From NCBI GenBank assembly GCA_951406725.2, contig OX597819.1, positions 75,392,001 through 75,456,000 of the forward strand: DNA of 64,000 bases, given 5' to 3'. Positions 12,696 to 25,181 of this stretch are shown piece by piece (position 1 is the stretch's first letter; each line of letters begins with the position of its first letter). The position numbers and the translations under genes are program-made. The notes under the pieces are model-generated. The model made no database searches, was not told the origin of the DNA, and saw only the letters and a list, made by a program, of their open reading frames with translations. The DNA is from Octopus vulgaris. Taxonomy: Eukaryota.

Positions 12696-14214
12696 CATTA
12701 TAATATGCTGTATATAACTATAAAATAATTTTTGTGGATGTACAAGTCTCCATACTCTTTATTATTAATAATGATATATACTCCAGACAATTTTCACTGT
12801 CCAGCAAAGAGTACACAGAATTAACCATCAGAAGAATTCATGGAGCGACTAACAACTAAATGTATACACAGACGTAAGATACTGATCATTGTAGTTGGCT
12901 GTTAACTGGAACTTAACCGAGAGATAATACAGTATCCGCCCAGATAAAATATCCCTCCAAATTCCCTATATATATATATATATATATATATTTAAAAAAG
13001 GAGATGTGGAACACGAGTTGTGATATATAAAAAAAGGAAATGAAGAAAATGCTGACAAAATAATTTAAGTAAGGGAGAGTGTATTTAATTAGGTGAAAGT
13101 TCTTTTTTTAAACAAAAAAAGAGAAAAATTGGGTTAGAATACAATGTTCATTTTTTGTGAATGATTTCAGTGTATAAGAAAAAAAGTAAGAGTCCTTTAC
13201 AGTGTTCTGTTTCAGAATAAGATATTTAGTAAAAGCGTGTAATATACAGCTTTTTTATGGAAAAGTTCAATGTCAGATTTCAGTGTAGAATAAAAAAAGT
13301 AAGAGTTTACCGGTTGCGCATTTGTTATGGTTATCAAAAGATATTTTGAGTGAGATAGAGTTCCTTTCTGATTGATTTTTTTCTCTTATCTGACTTTATA
13401 TTGGGTTTGCTGTCTCTTATATGTGAAAAAATAGGCTCCAGAGTTGTTTAAGATTTGCTTGGTTTCGCGCCTAAAATTTCTTGTGGACAATGGTCAATAC
13501 AATTTTGATTGGTCATTATAAAGGGGTCACGTGAATGTTTGAATGGAAGTTGGTGTTGGGGTAAGAAAATAGGCTCCAGAGATGTTAAAATTTGGCTGGT
13601 ATGGCGCCTAAAATTTCTTACTGGTCATAATAAAGAGGTCACGTGAATGTGGTCATAATAGAGAGGTCATGTGAATGTTTAGAATGAATGTTGGTGTAGG
13701 TGGTGTATGGAGTTTTCGAAAAATTCTTATTGTTCAGGCTGGTCAGTAGACGTCATGTAGATATTTTGAATAGCTTTTTAGCGCAAGGAGTGTATTTTCC
13801 GCTTGACTGAGCGCGTAGTTAAGGAGTGTATTTTCCGCTTGACTGAATTTGAGCTGGAAAAGTAAGTTCATTTAGGACAGGAAGAGCTATATGTATGTAT
13901 GTATGTATGTGTGCGTGCGCGTGTGTGTGTGTTTATATGTATGTTGGGGCGCACGCGTGTATATATGTGTGCATGTGTGGGTACAATTTTCAATATTTAT
14001 AGTTCTGCTGGCCTTGTGCCTGTATCGGGAAGCAACGTGTTTGTGTGAAGTCAATATTTAGTCATTTCCAAAAAATAGTGTTGGATGTTTTGCACCCGTA
14101 TCAAATTATGTGCATGTGTGGAACCATATGTTTGCGTGTGTCATGGTGTTAATATCTGGGTAAAAGTGTGTGTAGGGTGTGTGCAGGTGTAAGTGTGTTT
14201 GTTGTGGGTTCGTG

Positions 14215-16528
14215 TTAGGGGGATGTGTTTAGAAGTGGTCTGTATTTATTAATAAGGTGGGATTCCATGGTTATTCGCTGGGTATGAGTGGCATTGTCTT
14301 TAAATTTGTAGAGGGGAAAGATTCTAAAATTGGGATGAAGTTGTGCGGCACAGGTATCAATATGTGCACTAAGTGCTATTTTTCTGTATTCCTGTATTTT
14401 TATTTGGGATCTATGGACAGTCATGCGTTGGCGGAGGCTATTTTTAGTTTGGCCTATGTAGTGTTCATTACAGCCTGAGCAAGTTAAGACATATACTAGG
14501 TTTTCTGAAGCGCATGTGAAGTTGTTTTACTGTGAAATGTCCTTGTTTAAAAAGGAATTTCGGACCTTCTATTAGGTTGATGCATATACCACAGTTGGGT
14601 CTATTGCATTTGTTTACTGTGGGTTTAGTTGTTGTGGTTGGCAGTACTTTGGCATTTGTTAGGATGGTTTTCAATGATTTGGGTTGCCTTTTGCTCTTTA
14701 TGATTTCGTGTGTTAGGAGGATTTGGTTCATTCTATGGTCCTTTTTTAATACAGGAATGTTCTGGAGGATGGTGTCAAAAGCTTCATTGTTGAGGGGGTT
14801 GTGTGTAGAGATGTATGGTAGAGTATGGGGTTTCGATGTAACAGGTTTAGGGCGTCTAAGTTCCTGTGTGCTGAGTTTTAGGGCGCGTTGGATCCCATTG
14901 TCAATTAGTGACGTGGGGTAATCCCTGCTTGTTAATGTGTCCTTAAGTTCTTGTAGACGTAAGAGATGGGTGTTTTTATTGGAGACTATAGTGCAAATTC
15001 TCTTGGCTAAGTTGTAGGGAATGTTAATTTTAATGTGTCTAGGGTGGCATGAATTGAAAGGGAGGTATTGCTTGGAGTCTGTGGGCTTGTAGTATATGTC
15101 TGTTTCTATTTTTTTGTTGTGAATTTTAATGAGGGTGTCGAGGAAGGGAATTTGTTGAGTGCTGTATTCCATTGTAAAAATAATGTTTGTGTTGAGCCCA
15201 TTTATAAGGGTGTGAAATTCTTTAAGCTTCTCGATGGTTTCGGGCCAAAGGATGAAGCAGTCATCAAGATATCTCTTCCAGTTCTTCTCTATGTGTGTGT
15301 GGAGAGTGGTACCAAATTGGTTAAGAACGTTATTATAGAGAGTGATTTCCAGGTATCCCATGACTAGGTTGGCGTAAGTGGGAGCTGTTTTCGTTCCCAT
15401 TGCCGTCCCTGATTTCTGTCTAGAATTTGTTGTTGAAGGTGAAATTATTCTCTAAGATGAATTTGAGTCCTAAAATAAATTCCTTTTTGATGCGGTGTGG
15501 GAGTTCGTTGGAGTAATTAACCAGCCAGAATTGGATAGCTTCTATTCCTAGGTTGTGGGGGATGTTGGAGTAAAGATTAATTACATCGAATGTTACTAGC
15601 AGGGTTTGTTCAGCAAGAAGTGTATTGGGGAGGTGGTTGAGCATATCTAGATCGTCCCTTATGTAGCTTTTAATGTGTTTGAGGAAGGGCTTAAGAAGGG
15701 TATCAATGAAGTTGCTAAGGCGGTGGGTTTCGCAAGCGGAACCTGCTATTATAGGTCTCAATTTGAGGTCATTTGGTGAGGGGACATTGATTACAGAGTT
15801 TGTGGCTTCCTTGCATGCCTTACTTATTAATTCGCTTTTATGAATTTTAGGAATACCGTAGAAGAGGCTGGTTTTACTAGTGAAATTTGTGATGAAGTTG
15901 AATTCTTTGTTAGTGAGTTCTTCTTTGTGGGGGTTGATCAGGGTTTTTAAGTTTCTCATAATTTTCTGTTGATTGTAGTGTTCAGTCTTTTCGTAATATG
16001 TTCCATTTTCCAAGGTGGAGAGTGCTAAGTTGATATAGTATTCTGTCTCCATTAAGACTACTGCACTTCCTTTGTCGGCCTCTTTAATGGTGATAGATCT
16101 TTCATTTTTTAATTTGTTTATTTCTTCCCACTCTTTCTTGTTGAGGTTTGGTTTGGGTTTTGGTTTGTGTAAGTGTTGGTAGGGGAAGTTTGTAATGTGC
16201 TCACAGAATTTGTCTAGGATTTTATTTCTACTTTTTGGTGGGGTGTAGTTGCTTTTATTTCTAGCTAGTGACTCATCCTCATTGTGCTGGTCGAATAGTT
16301 CCTCACTAAGTCGTAATTTTCTACAAAATTCTGTAATGTCTTCCTTCATTTCGTATTAGTTTGGACGTGGTGGGGGGGTGGTGTGAATTTAAGACCTTTG
16401 GAGAGTAAGTTGAGAAGGTTGGGGTTGGGTTCTGTATTGGTTAAATTGATGACTTTAATCAGTTTCTGTTTCTCTTCCCTGTCCTGTGTTATTTTGTTTG
16501 CCTGTATCTGTGTGCTGTGTCTAAAAAA
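14215..16528 (-). pseudogene. RT-GIY-YIG ORF (ORF2) of PLE copy B
   Basis: Pieces 15420-16349, 14468-15400 and 14215-14424 plus upstream VINLT..LLSKGLKFTP; KEADKG, YGIPKIHK, TFDVINLYSNI, MGTKTAPTYANL, YLDD. Confidence 0.9.
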
Positions 16529-17776
16529 TGGTTGGGGTAGAGGGGTTGTCTGTTGGTGTTAAGAGGTCCTGTGTGTTTGTTATATTCCTTGTTGTGAAAT
16601 ATGGTTCGCGTTCATGGTTGTGGATAGAATGGGGTGTTCCTGTATTGCGGGTGTTGGTGTGTGTTTCTTTGTGTCATGTTGGATTGTGGTGATATGAGTG
16701 GCCTACGTGGGTGCTTGTATCGAGTGGTATGGGCTTGTTGTGTATTGTGAGAGTTGAGAAAGTGAAAATTACCTTGTTGTCCCCTCGTGGTGTGGACGTT
16801 GTTGTGTCTATCCTGGTAGTGGTATCCTCTTTTATTTGTTAATAAGGTATTCGAGTAGTTGTTGTGTATAGTGTCTCCTTGAAGGGGGAAATTCGTTAAT
16901 GTAATTCTGGTGGTGAGGGTTTCCAGGGTTCTTGTTCCTCCTTATGGACGTGGGGTAAGAAGTTACATCTTCAATATGCTGTTTCCTTCTTTTGTTCGAG
17001 GTTGGAGGGTTGGCGGAGTAGTTGTGTGGTTGGGTTCCTGGTTTTCCCATTTTTATGAATGGGTTATTGGAAGAGTAATCTGTTTTGAAAGTCGATTCAT
17101 AGTTTAGGAACCAGGCGGCACTCTTTTCCCAGCGTTGTAGGGATTTTAGTTCCTCTTTGTTGCAGTCATCTTTCCATAACTTGGAGATCTTCTCTATGTG
17201 GAGGCTTTTGGCCTTGTTATTTATTACGAGGAGGATCTCTTCATCGATTGTTTTGACTCTTTCCTCATTTGTTTGGGCCCTTAATTTGAGAAGTTCAATC
17301 TCTGTTTTCAGTCTCTCTAATGCCATTCTTTCTCTAAGTCGTCTTTGAGGTTCAGGTTCATTGGGAATGGCTTTTAATTGTATTTTGCGGGGAAGAGTTA
17401 GAGGGGTAGAGTTCATCCATTTTTCGTATATATTGGCCTTGTTGTTGTTTCTAATCATTTTTCAGAAGGAGAACTTTCTGTCTCTGAGGGATTTGTTCCA
17501 TTCTGGGATTATATGATTTTTCAGTTTGTATGAATCAATTTGACATGGTTCTTCTTTGTTTTTGGCTGGGTTCATGGTGGTGAAAAAGGTGTGGATCATA
17601 TCACACAGAGTTTGTAGCTTATTGCCGATTTCGGAGGGTTTGTGTCCGGTAATGGTTTCCTCATTAGTGGAGTCCAATTTGTTGACTAGTACAGAGAGGT
17701 TGGTGTTGATGTTTTTGAGTTCCTGTAGGATTTCTTCGTTTAAGTTGATTAGGGTGGTTTCAGTTTTTGTAGGCAT
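16489..17776 (-). pseudogene. ORF1 of PLE copy B: coiled-coil-like N-terminal half, basic low-complexity C-terminal half
   Basis: 17462-17872 and 16832-17458 are in frame across one TGA; the homologous frame continues to ...HFLDTAHRYRQTK-TAA (16489) and aligns with ORF 11842-12126 of copy A. Confidence 0.7.
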
Positions 17777-17972
17777 TTTCTGTATCTCGTGCGGGGATAT
17801 GATATTTAAAAAAGGAGATGTGGAACACGAGTTGTGATATATAAAAAAAGGAAATGAAGAAAATGCTGACAAAATAATTTAAGTAAGGGAGAGTGTATTT
17901 AATTAGGTGAAAGTTCTTTTTTTAAACAAAGAAAGAGAAAAATTGGGTTAGAATACAATGTTCATTTTTTGT

Positions 17973-20160
17973 AATAATTATTACCATTATTATTATCCTT
18001 CTTCTTTCAAATTTGCTTCCATTTCTTGCCGAGTGTCTTCCTGACTCCTAGGGCAAAGAAACTCATAGTATACATTGGGAGGCCATTAAACTAAACTCAC
18101 TAGTTCGTTCATTTTTTAATTTTTGGATAGAAATAAAGTTAAATTAAAATACATGAGTAGTAATAGTTCTCACATCGACAATGCTCTTCTCAATATGTGT
18201 GATGTACCAGTTAAGACAATCTTTTGCACTTCTTGCAGGGATGGTAAGCCAGGGATCATTCTCATATAATTTTCGGTTCCCTTCTTGATCATTCCTAGTG
18301 CTCCTACGATCACTGGTATTGTAACCGCCTTGAGATGCCACATTTTCTCAATTTCAATGAGCAGGTCTTTATATTTTCTGAGCTTGTCAAATTCTTTCGC
18401 CGAGATATTATGATCACAGGGCATGCTCATGTCGATCAATAAGCAAACTTTATTGTTTTGATCTTTCACAACATTATCCGGTTTATTGGCTTTGATGGTT
18501 CGGTCTGTATGTACTGGAAAGTCCCACAGAATCGTTACATTTTCTCCTTCAGTTACAGCTTCAGGGTGGTGATTATACCACTTGTTGGCAGTTTTGATAT
18601 TGTAATGCCAGTGTAGATATTGGCCAACTCTGTCATGTCTTAATTTATACTCCACTGGTGCTAAGACTTTACATCCAGAGATTAGGTGGTCCACTGTTTC
18701 AATCATGTCGTTGCAGAATCGGCATTTTGAGTCTGCTCCATTTTTCATCACATTGACCTGGTAGTTCCGGGTTAATAGGCTTTGATCTTGAGCAGCCAGG
18801 ATGAAACCTTCGCTCTCTGCTTTTAGCCCTGAGCTCCGTAGCCACTGATGGGTTTGCTTCTGGTCAACATCAGCTTCTTTGCTATGGGCCACATATTTGC
18901 CGTGCCGAGGTTTCTTCTCTCACCTATCAGCCAATTGCTCGTGCGCTTTTGTCGTTGCCATTATTTTCACCTTCTTTGCAACAGTAGTTGCCGTACTTCC
19001 CTCGGGTTGTTCAGTTTGGGTATCCTGCACGAGATCAATAGCAAATTTTTTTGCTTTCCTTTATGATAGAATGAAGCTTCTTTCGTCTCTCGTGATTTTC
19101 CACGAGCTTTAGCATCCAGTCATTCGTTATTTCAAGATATTTGGCCAGTCCAATTGTGGTTGTTTTGTAAGCTAGTTCAAATTGGATCAGGCCACGACCT
19201 CCTTGGGCTCTGGGGAGGTAAAGGCGATCTATGTCTGCCTTTGGGTGGTACATCCTATTACAACTCAGCAGCTTGCGTATTTTCCTATCTATTTTCTTTA
19301 CTTGACTCATATTCCAGTTCAACACATTGTAGCTATAAGTAACAACTGGAACTGCTAAGGAATTTATAGCTAACACCTTGTTACGTGCATTTAGTTCAGA
19401 TTTCAGGACTGCTCGAACTCTCCTATAACATTCCTTCCTGATCTTCTCTTTCATGCTTGCATGCTGAATACCAGAACCTTCATTTATCCCTAAATATTTG
19501 TAGGTTTGTTCTTGCTCAAGCTCTCTTATGACTGTGTCAACATCTAACACGACTGAATTTGTGGTCTTCACTTTCCCTTTCTGGAAAGTGACCGTAGCAC
19601 ACTTCTCAAGCCCAAACTCCATCCCGATGTCATCACTGAATGCTTTCACAGTGTGCAATAGGCCTTCAAGTTCATTATTGTCTTTACCATAGAGTTTTAA
19701 GTCATCCATATAAAATAGATGGCTTATTTTTTTATTGACAATTTTATACCCATACCCTGTTCTTTTTAATTCTCTTGTAAGGGGTATTAGGGCTATGCAG
19801 AATATTAGAGGTGAAAGTGAGTCACCTTGAAAAATGCCACAGTTGATGTTTATATTCTCTGAGGCAAGTACTCCATTACAGTGGTATAATTGGAGATTCC
19901 TATTCTACAACGACATATTATGCTTCATGAAGCTTGAAATCACAGGGGAAATTTTGAAGATGTCCAGCGATTTCAAGATCCATGAATGCGGTATACTGTC
20001 GAAGGCCTTTTTATAGTCAATCCATGCGGAGCTGAGATTTCTGCGCTTGTTGTGACAATTCTCAAGGATCATGCGATTAATTAGCAGTTGATCTTTGCAT
20101 CCGTATGAGCCTCGGCGACACCCTTTTTGTTCAATGGGGAAAATATTATTATTGTCATTT
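17973..20160 (-). mobile_element. 5'-truncated R4/Dong-like LINE (RT plus restriction-like endonuclease)
   Basis: EQKGC, WIDYKKAFDS, LFYMDDLKLY, CRFC...HLISGC, RHD, KPD...LIDMS, FDKLRKY; 3' end in a (TAA)n-like tract. Confidence 0.85.
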
Positions 20161-20162
20161 AC

Positions 20163-20737
20163 TTTTAATCTGCATGTTTGATGCAATCACTTGCCGGGGC
20201 ACACCCAGCGCCCTAGGGCAAGTGAAGGTTAAGAGTTGTTGAAATATAGCTGAAAGCTTGGGGAGGGGAAGTAGAGAAATATCTCCATGTAATACAACAC
20301 AAACATTTACATTGATAGGGTTTTTCTAAGGATGTGGGCAGTACTCGTTAGTACAATCGTTTGGATTTCCTTGAGACATGGTTCTCCAGGGATATTGTCT
20401 AGGTGTTTCTGACATCCTTTTTTTATCATACCTTGGGCACTTACAATGACAGGAACAGTTTTTGTTTTAAGATTCCACATCTTTTGTATTTCGATTTCCA
20501 GGTCCTTATATTTACTAAGTTTGTCAAATTCCTTTACAGATATATTTTTATAAGTGGGGACGCTTACCTCTATTAGTCTGCAGGTATTTTCTTCCCTGTC
20601 TTTAACAATTATGTCTGGTCGATTAGCCTTGATCACATTGGCCTGGTAGTTCCGGGTTAATAGGCTTTGATCTTGAGCAGCCAGGATGAAACCTTCGCTC
20701 TCTGCTTTAAGCTATGGTCTTCTTTGCTATGGGCCAC
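20163..20737 (-). mobile_element. Second R4/Dong-like fragment (endonuclease C-terminus and 3' UTR) joined to a short piece matching 18752-18897
   Basis: ANRPDIIVKD..LIEVSVP..EFDKLSKYKDL..KTVPVIV. Confidence 0.8.
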
Positions 20738-20994
20738 ATATTTTATCAATGGCAGTGAGGTAAGTTTTGAAAAAATTAGACGGAGCACCTCATCTGCAAG
20801 GGAATCAAGATTTTTCCTGGGCGCCCAGGAGGGGGAGGTGTATAGGTTTGTTGAAGACCAAGTGGAGCAGTAGACGTAGCTGTTTTCGATTATTTTAAAT
20901 AGAATAGAATACCAGGAAAAGTCTCGATTCCCTTGCGGATAAGGTGCCCTGTCTAATTTTTTCAAAACTTACCTCACTGCCATTGATAAAATAT
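20738..20994. repeat. 83-bp inverted repeat (20738-20820 / 20912-20994), probably an inverted PLE fragment
   Basis: Arms are reverse complements with a few mismatches. Confidence 0.85.
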
Positions 20995-21087
20995 AGTTGT
21001 GAAAATATTATCGATGGTGATTCATTTTTCATAACTATTCTTTTCGCTGTAGCTGGTAACACGTCATGAAGTGTTAGTAATAATATT

Positions 21088-21136
<49 letters not shown>

Positions 21137-21596
21137 AGATAGGGGTTGTAAATTCAACCCTCCATGGGATAACATATATCCAATATACTGCTAGAGAAGT
21201 ACCCAACAAAGCTAATACATAAATGTTAAAAATTGCGATGCAATTAATTCATTTACTGTATTAGGTGGGCAAAGGTAAAATTATTTTTACCGTAAATTAA
21301 TAATACAAAATGAGAAAATGGAGAAATATATCTAAATCAATCATCAACTATCAGATAATACCGAATCATATACTTTATTAAAACACTACACAATAGCAAT
21401 GAGATTATACATTAATACAGTACAATAATTACAATCAATATGGTGAGATATAACTAAATAAATATAACAAGATATAAAAATACATTTACATTACATATAT
21501 ACATTACATTTACATATATGTAAGAATATGAGTATGTATGCACTCATATTTATATGTAAATTATTTTAGGGTTTGTACTCATACTTGCATTAGAAT

Positions 21597-21705
21597 CTCC
21601 GAAGAGGCCGTAAGATATTCTTGTTAATGTCTCATTTATACCTGCATTATATGGCTAATAGGTTAAATGAGACATACCTATCTTCATGGCCGAAACAGCT
21701 GTCAG
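21597..21705 (+). ncRNA. Hammerhead-like motif with U4C core (CCGAAGA)
   Basis: ct CCGAAGA ggccgtaagata...tatcttcatggcc GAAA cagctg TC ag; long stem II; sits inside inverted repeat 21383-21493 / 21709-21812. Confidence 0.6.
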
Positions 21706-21894
21706 TTATAATGTAAATGTATTTTTATATCTTGTTATATTTATTTAGTTATATCTCACCATATTGATTGTAATTATTGTACTGTATTAATGTATAATCT
21801 ATTGTGTAGTGTGTGTGTATGTATATATATATATTGACTGGTAGCACTTGCATGTGCAAGTTATATATATATATGTGTGTATATATATATATAA

Positions 21895-23630
21895 TCATCA
21901 TCATCATCATCGTTTAACGTCCGCTTTCCGCGCTAGCACGGGTTGGACGGTTTGACCGGGTCTGGGAAGCCAGGGGCCGCACCAGGCTCCAGTCTGAATC
22001 TGGCAGAGTTTCTACGGCTGGATGCCCTTCCTAACGCCAACCACTCCGTGAGTGGATTGGGTGCTTTTTACGTGCCACCTGCACAGGGGCCGGAGGGTCC
22101 GGCATCGTCACGATCGGTTCGAGCATTTTAACGTGTCAGTGGCACGGGGGCAACGAGGTCCGGGGTACTTTGGGGATCGGGGTACTTTGGGGATCCAGGG
22201 TACTTTGGGGATCCGGGGTACTTAGAATGGGTAGGGGGTATGTGGAATTGCTGCAGAAAGCAGCCCGGGTCTTTGTAGTCACAGCATTTATCGTCACTGA
22301 GTAACGTAATTAGGTAGAGGAAAGAAATACAGATATTCTAGAGTTGAGTTGGGGAGGGGGGGTCCAGTTGAGGCGGGTAATATAGGAGAGCAACCAGTGG
22401 GGAAGGTTGGGGTAAGGAGGAACGATGGCAGGAAGGGTTGGTGTAGGTTCCTAAGAAATAAAGACATTCGTTATCGTCACTGAGTAACGTAATTAGGTAG
22501 AGGAAAGAAATACAGATATTCTAGAGTTGAGTTGGGGAGGGGGGTCCAGTTGAGGCGGGTAATATAGGGGAGCAACCAGTGGGGAAGGTTGGGGTAAGGA
22601 GGAACGATGGCAGGAAGGGTTGGTGTAGGTTCCTAAGAAATAAAAACGTAGGATATTACGAGGCGGGAGGGTACTAAAGGGGATGGTCGGAATGAGGCAG
22701 TGTCAGGAGGAAGCGTAAGATCGGTGGGCAGTTGATGAGCTATGGCGCTAGCAGCTTGTCTTTTCACAGTGAAAGCATATGAGGAGAAGGGGTAGTGGGG
22801 GGAGGAGGAGGGAGTAGGGCGTACCCGGTGTAGATGAGTAAGGCGTATCCGGTGTAGATGGTGAGAACAGGGTATACTGGTATTGGTGGTGGGGGGTGAG
22901 AACAGTGTTCACCGGTATTGGTGGTGGTGGCGGTGAGAACAGTGTTCACCGGTATTGGTGGTGGGGGTGAGAACAGTGTTCATCGGTATTGGTGGTGGGG
23001 GGCGGGCGCACCGCCAATGGCGGAAAGATGGGAAGAGATGGGATTACGGCTTGAGGTAGCCTAAGGTTAAATTTTGTAGAGAGAGAGATAGGAAAGATAA
23101 ATCAAGTTATGGCGAAGGCTTGAAAGTAGCCTAAAAGGTTAAATTTTCGTAACAATGTATGAATAAACGTAGTAACAACGAATAAAAATAGTAAGATAAA
23201 TTTTTAAGAACTTGCTGCGGGCATCGATCGGGAGTTGAAATTGAAGAAGAAAGTAAGTTGAATTGGGAATTTAAATTGCAGAATCGTAATGGTAATGGCG
23301 ATTTTCAAGTTTTAGCATAAGAAGAAGAAGAGGAAAAAGACCGCCAATGGCGGAAAGATGGGAAGAGATGGGATTACGGCTTGAGGTAGCCTAAGGTTAA
23401 ATTTTGTAGAGAGAGAGATAGGAAAGATAAATCAAGTTATGGCGAAGGCTTGAAAGTAGCCTAAAAGGTTAAATTTTCGTAACAATGTATGAATACACGT
23501 AGTAACAACGAATAAAAATAGTAAGATAAATTTTTAAGAACTTGCTGCGGGCATCGATCGGGAGTTGAAATTGAAGAAGAAAGTAAGTTGAATTGGGAAT
23601 TTAAATTGCAGAATCGTAATGGTAATGGCA
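21895..23630 (-). mobile_element. Composite non-autonomous retroelement: RTE-type 3' tail plus internal tandem duplications
   Basis: (CAT)n-CGTTTAACGTCCG tail at 21895; 17-bp repeat x4 (22160-22225); 183-bp duplication (22288-22643); minisatellite 22800-23005; 330-bp duplication (23010 / 23340). Confidence 0.5.
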
Positions 23631-23673
23631 TATATATATATATACATACATGCACACATATATATATATATAT

Positions 23674-24490
23674 GTCTTGCAAACAACTTGCACATGCAAG
23701 TGCTACCAGTCAATAGCTACGTATACTGGAAGCCAGCAAGTGTATGGGGTCATCAGGAGAGAATGCGCGCCGTTTCGAGGCCTACCTCTCGACGCCATCA
23801 ATGTGCACCGGCCCCCCCCTCACTGATATGAGGCCCCGCTTGCTAGATCAGCTGGTTATCAAATAAAGCTCAATATCCTTCTAGCCATCGCTCATCGTCT
23901 CTTTTTAACCAAATCCAGTGGCTAGCCTTCTCCACTGTAGATTGGATATCGGTCATGGTGGTATTGACTTTACAATGAGTTAGGCCTAGCAATAACAACA
24001 GTCGTCTCACACTGTGTCCAACGAACCCTCTACATCCGACTTCGATTGGAAAATGTTTTGCTTTCCAGCCTGCGTCTTCACATTCCTTGAGGAGGTTTAC
24101 ATAACGGTTAAATTTTCGAGCCTGAGCTGCGTCCATATTATCTTCACGAGGAACCGTTAGCTCAACTATATTTACAACTTTCCTTCTTTCACACCACATC
24201 AAAATATCTGGTTTTTTCGTAATTGGGATGGGAAAGAAAACCTGGCACCCAGGTAAATCTGCAGTTACCTCCCAATAGCTGTTCCACTTTTCATTTCTCA
24301 CAGGAAGTTTCTTGATCTTCTTCTTGAAACGGATCCGCTGACCTGGTCGCATGAAGGTAACGAAATCTCTAGATGGTACTTCTAACGGTTTTTTCTCAGT
24401 GTTGTTGAGATGAATTTGGTTCTTTATAGCATTGAAGATAACCTTAAGGACCAAGTTGTGTCTCCATGTATACCTGTTCAATGCTAATTT
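23674..24490 (-). mobile_element. HERO-like LINE 3' fragment (restriction-like endonuclease and 3' UTR)
   Basis: RYTWRHNLVL, KPDILMW, VELTVPRED, IEVGCRGF in ORF 23870-24481; ends at (TA)n. Confidence 0.8.
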
Positions 24491-24572
24491 TCATTGTAGT
24501 TATTAATATTACTTGTTTCAGTCAATAGACTGTGGCTTTGCTTGGGCTATATATGTATGTATATATATTTAA

Positions 24573-24614
<42 letters not shown>

Positions 24615-24718
24615 TTGCCAGATTAGACTGGAGCCTGGTGCAGCCTTCTGGCTTCCCAGAACCCCGGTCGAACCGTCCAACCCATGCTAGCATGGAGAAC
24701 GGACGTTAAACGACGATA

Positions 24719-25046
<328 letters not shown>

Positions 25047-25098
25047 TATAAGTATATGAAAGAATGGAGTTGAACAACTAGTTAACAAATATCCTTTA

Positions 25099-25181
25099 TT
25101 CTCGACATATGTTTCGAAGGCTGCATATTCCTAATTCCGAAGGAATAAGGAGTACATTATGCAGATTTCTCATCAGGAAAA
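25099..25181 (-). ncRNA. Type I hammerhead ribozyme
   Basis: ttttc CTGATGA gaaatctgcata...tatgcagccttc GAAA catatg TC gagaa. Confidence 0.85.

Larger units (their letters stand above)
12988..17972 (-). mobile_element. Near full-length Neptune-like PLE (copy B) with 171-bp direct terminal repeats
   Basis: Direct repeats at 12988-13158 and 17802-17972; RT WKRYLDDCF; GIY-YIG ENLVYVLTCSGCNEHYIGQT; left end abuts (TA)n. Confidence 0.9.

Noticed and set aside
13786-13846. 26-bp direct repeat in the PLE B 3' UTR, considered as a twister-like ribozyme
   Set aside because: Conserved twister pairings could not be built; it looks like a local duplication.
17456-17470. In-frame TGA between two PLE ORF1 pieces, as possible selenocysteine (some Naiad PLEs encode selenoproteins)
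   Set aside because: Context RKFSF*KMIRN fits a TGG to TGA change, the copy has other lesions, and I recognised no SECIS.
22140-23010. Short repeats with variable spacers, superficially CRISPR-like
   Set aside because: Eukaryotic context, degenerate minisatellites without unique spacers, no cas genes.
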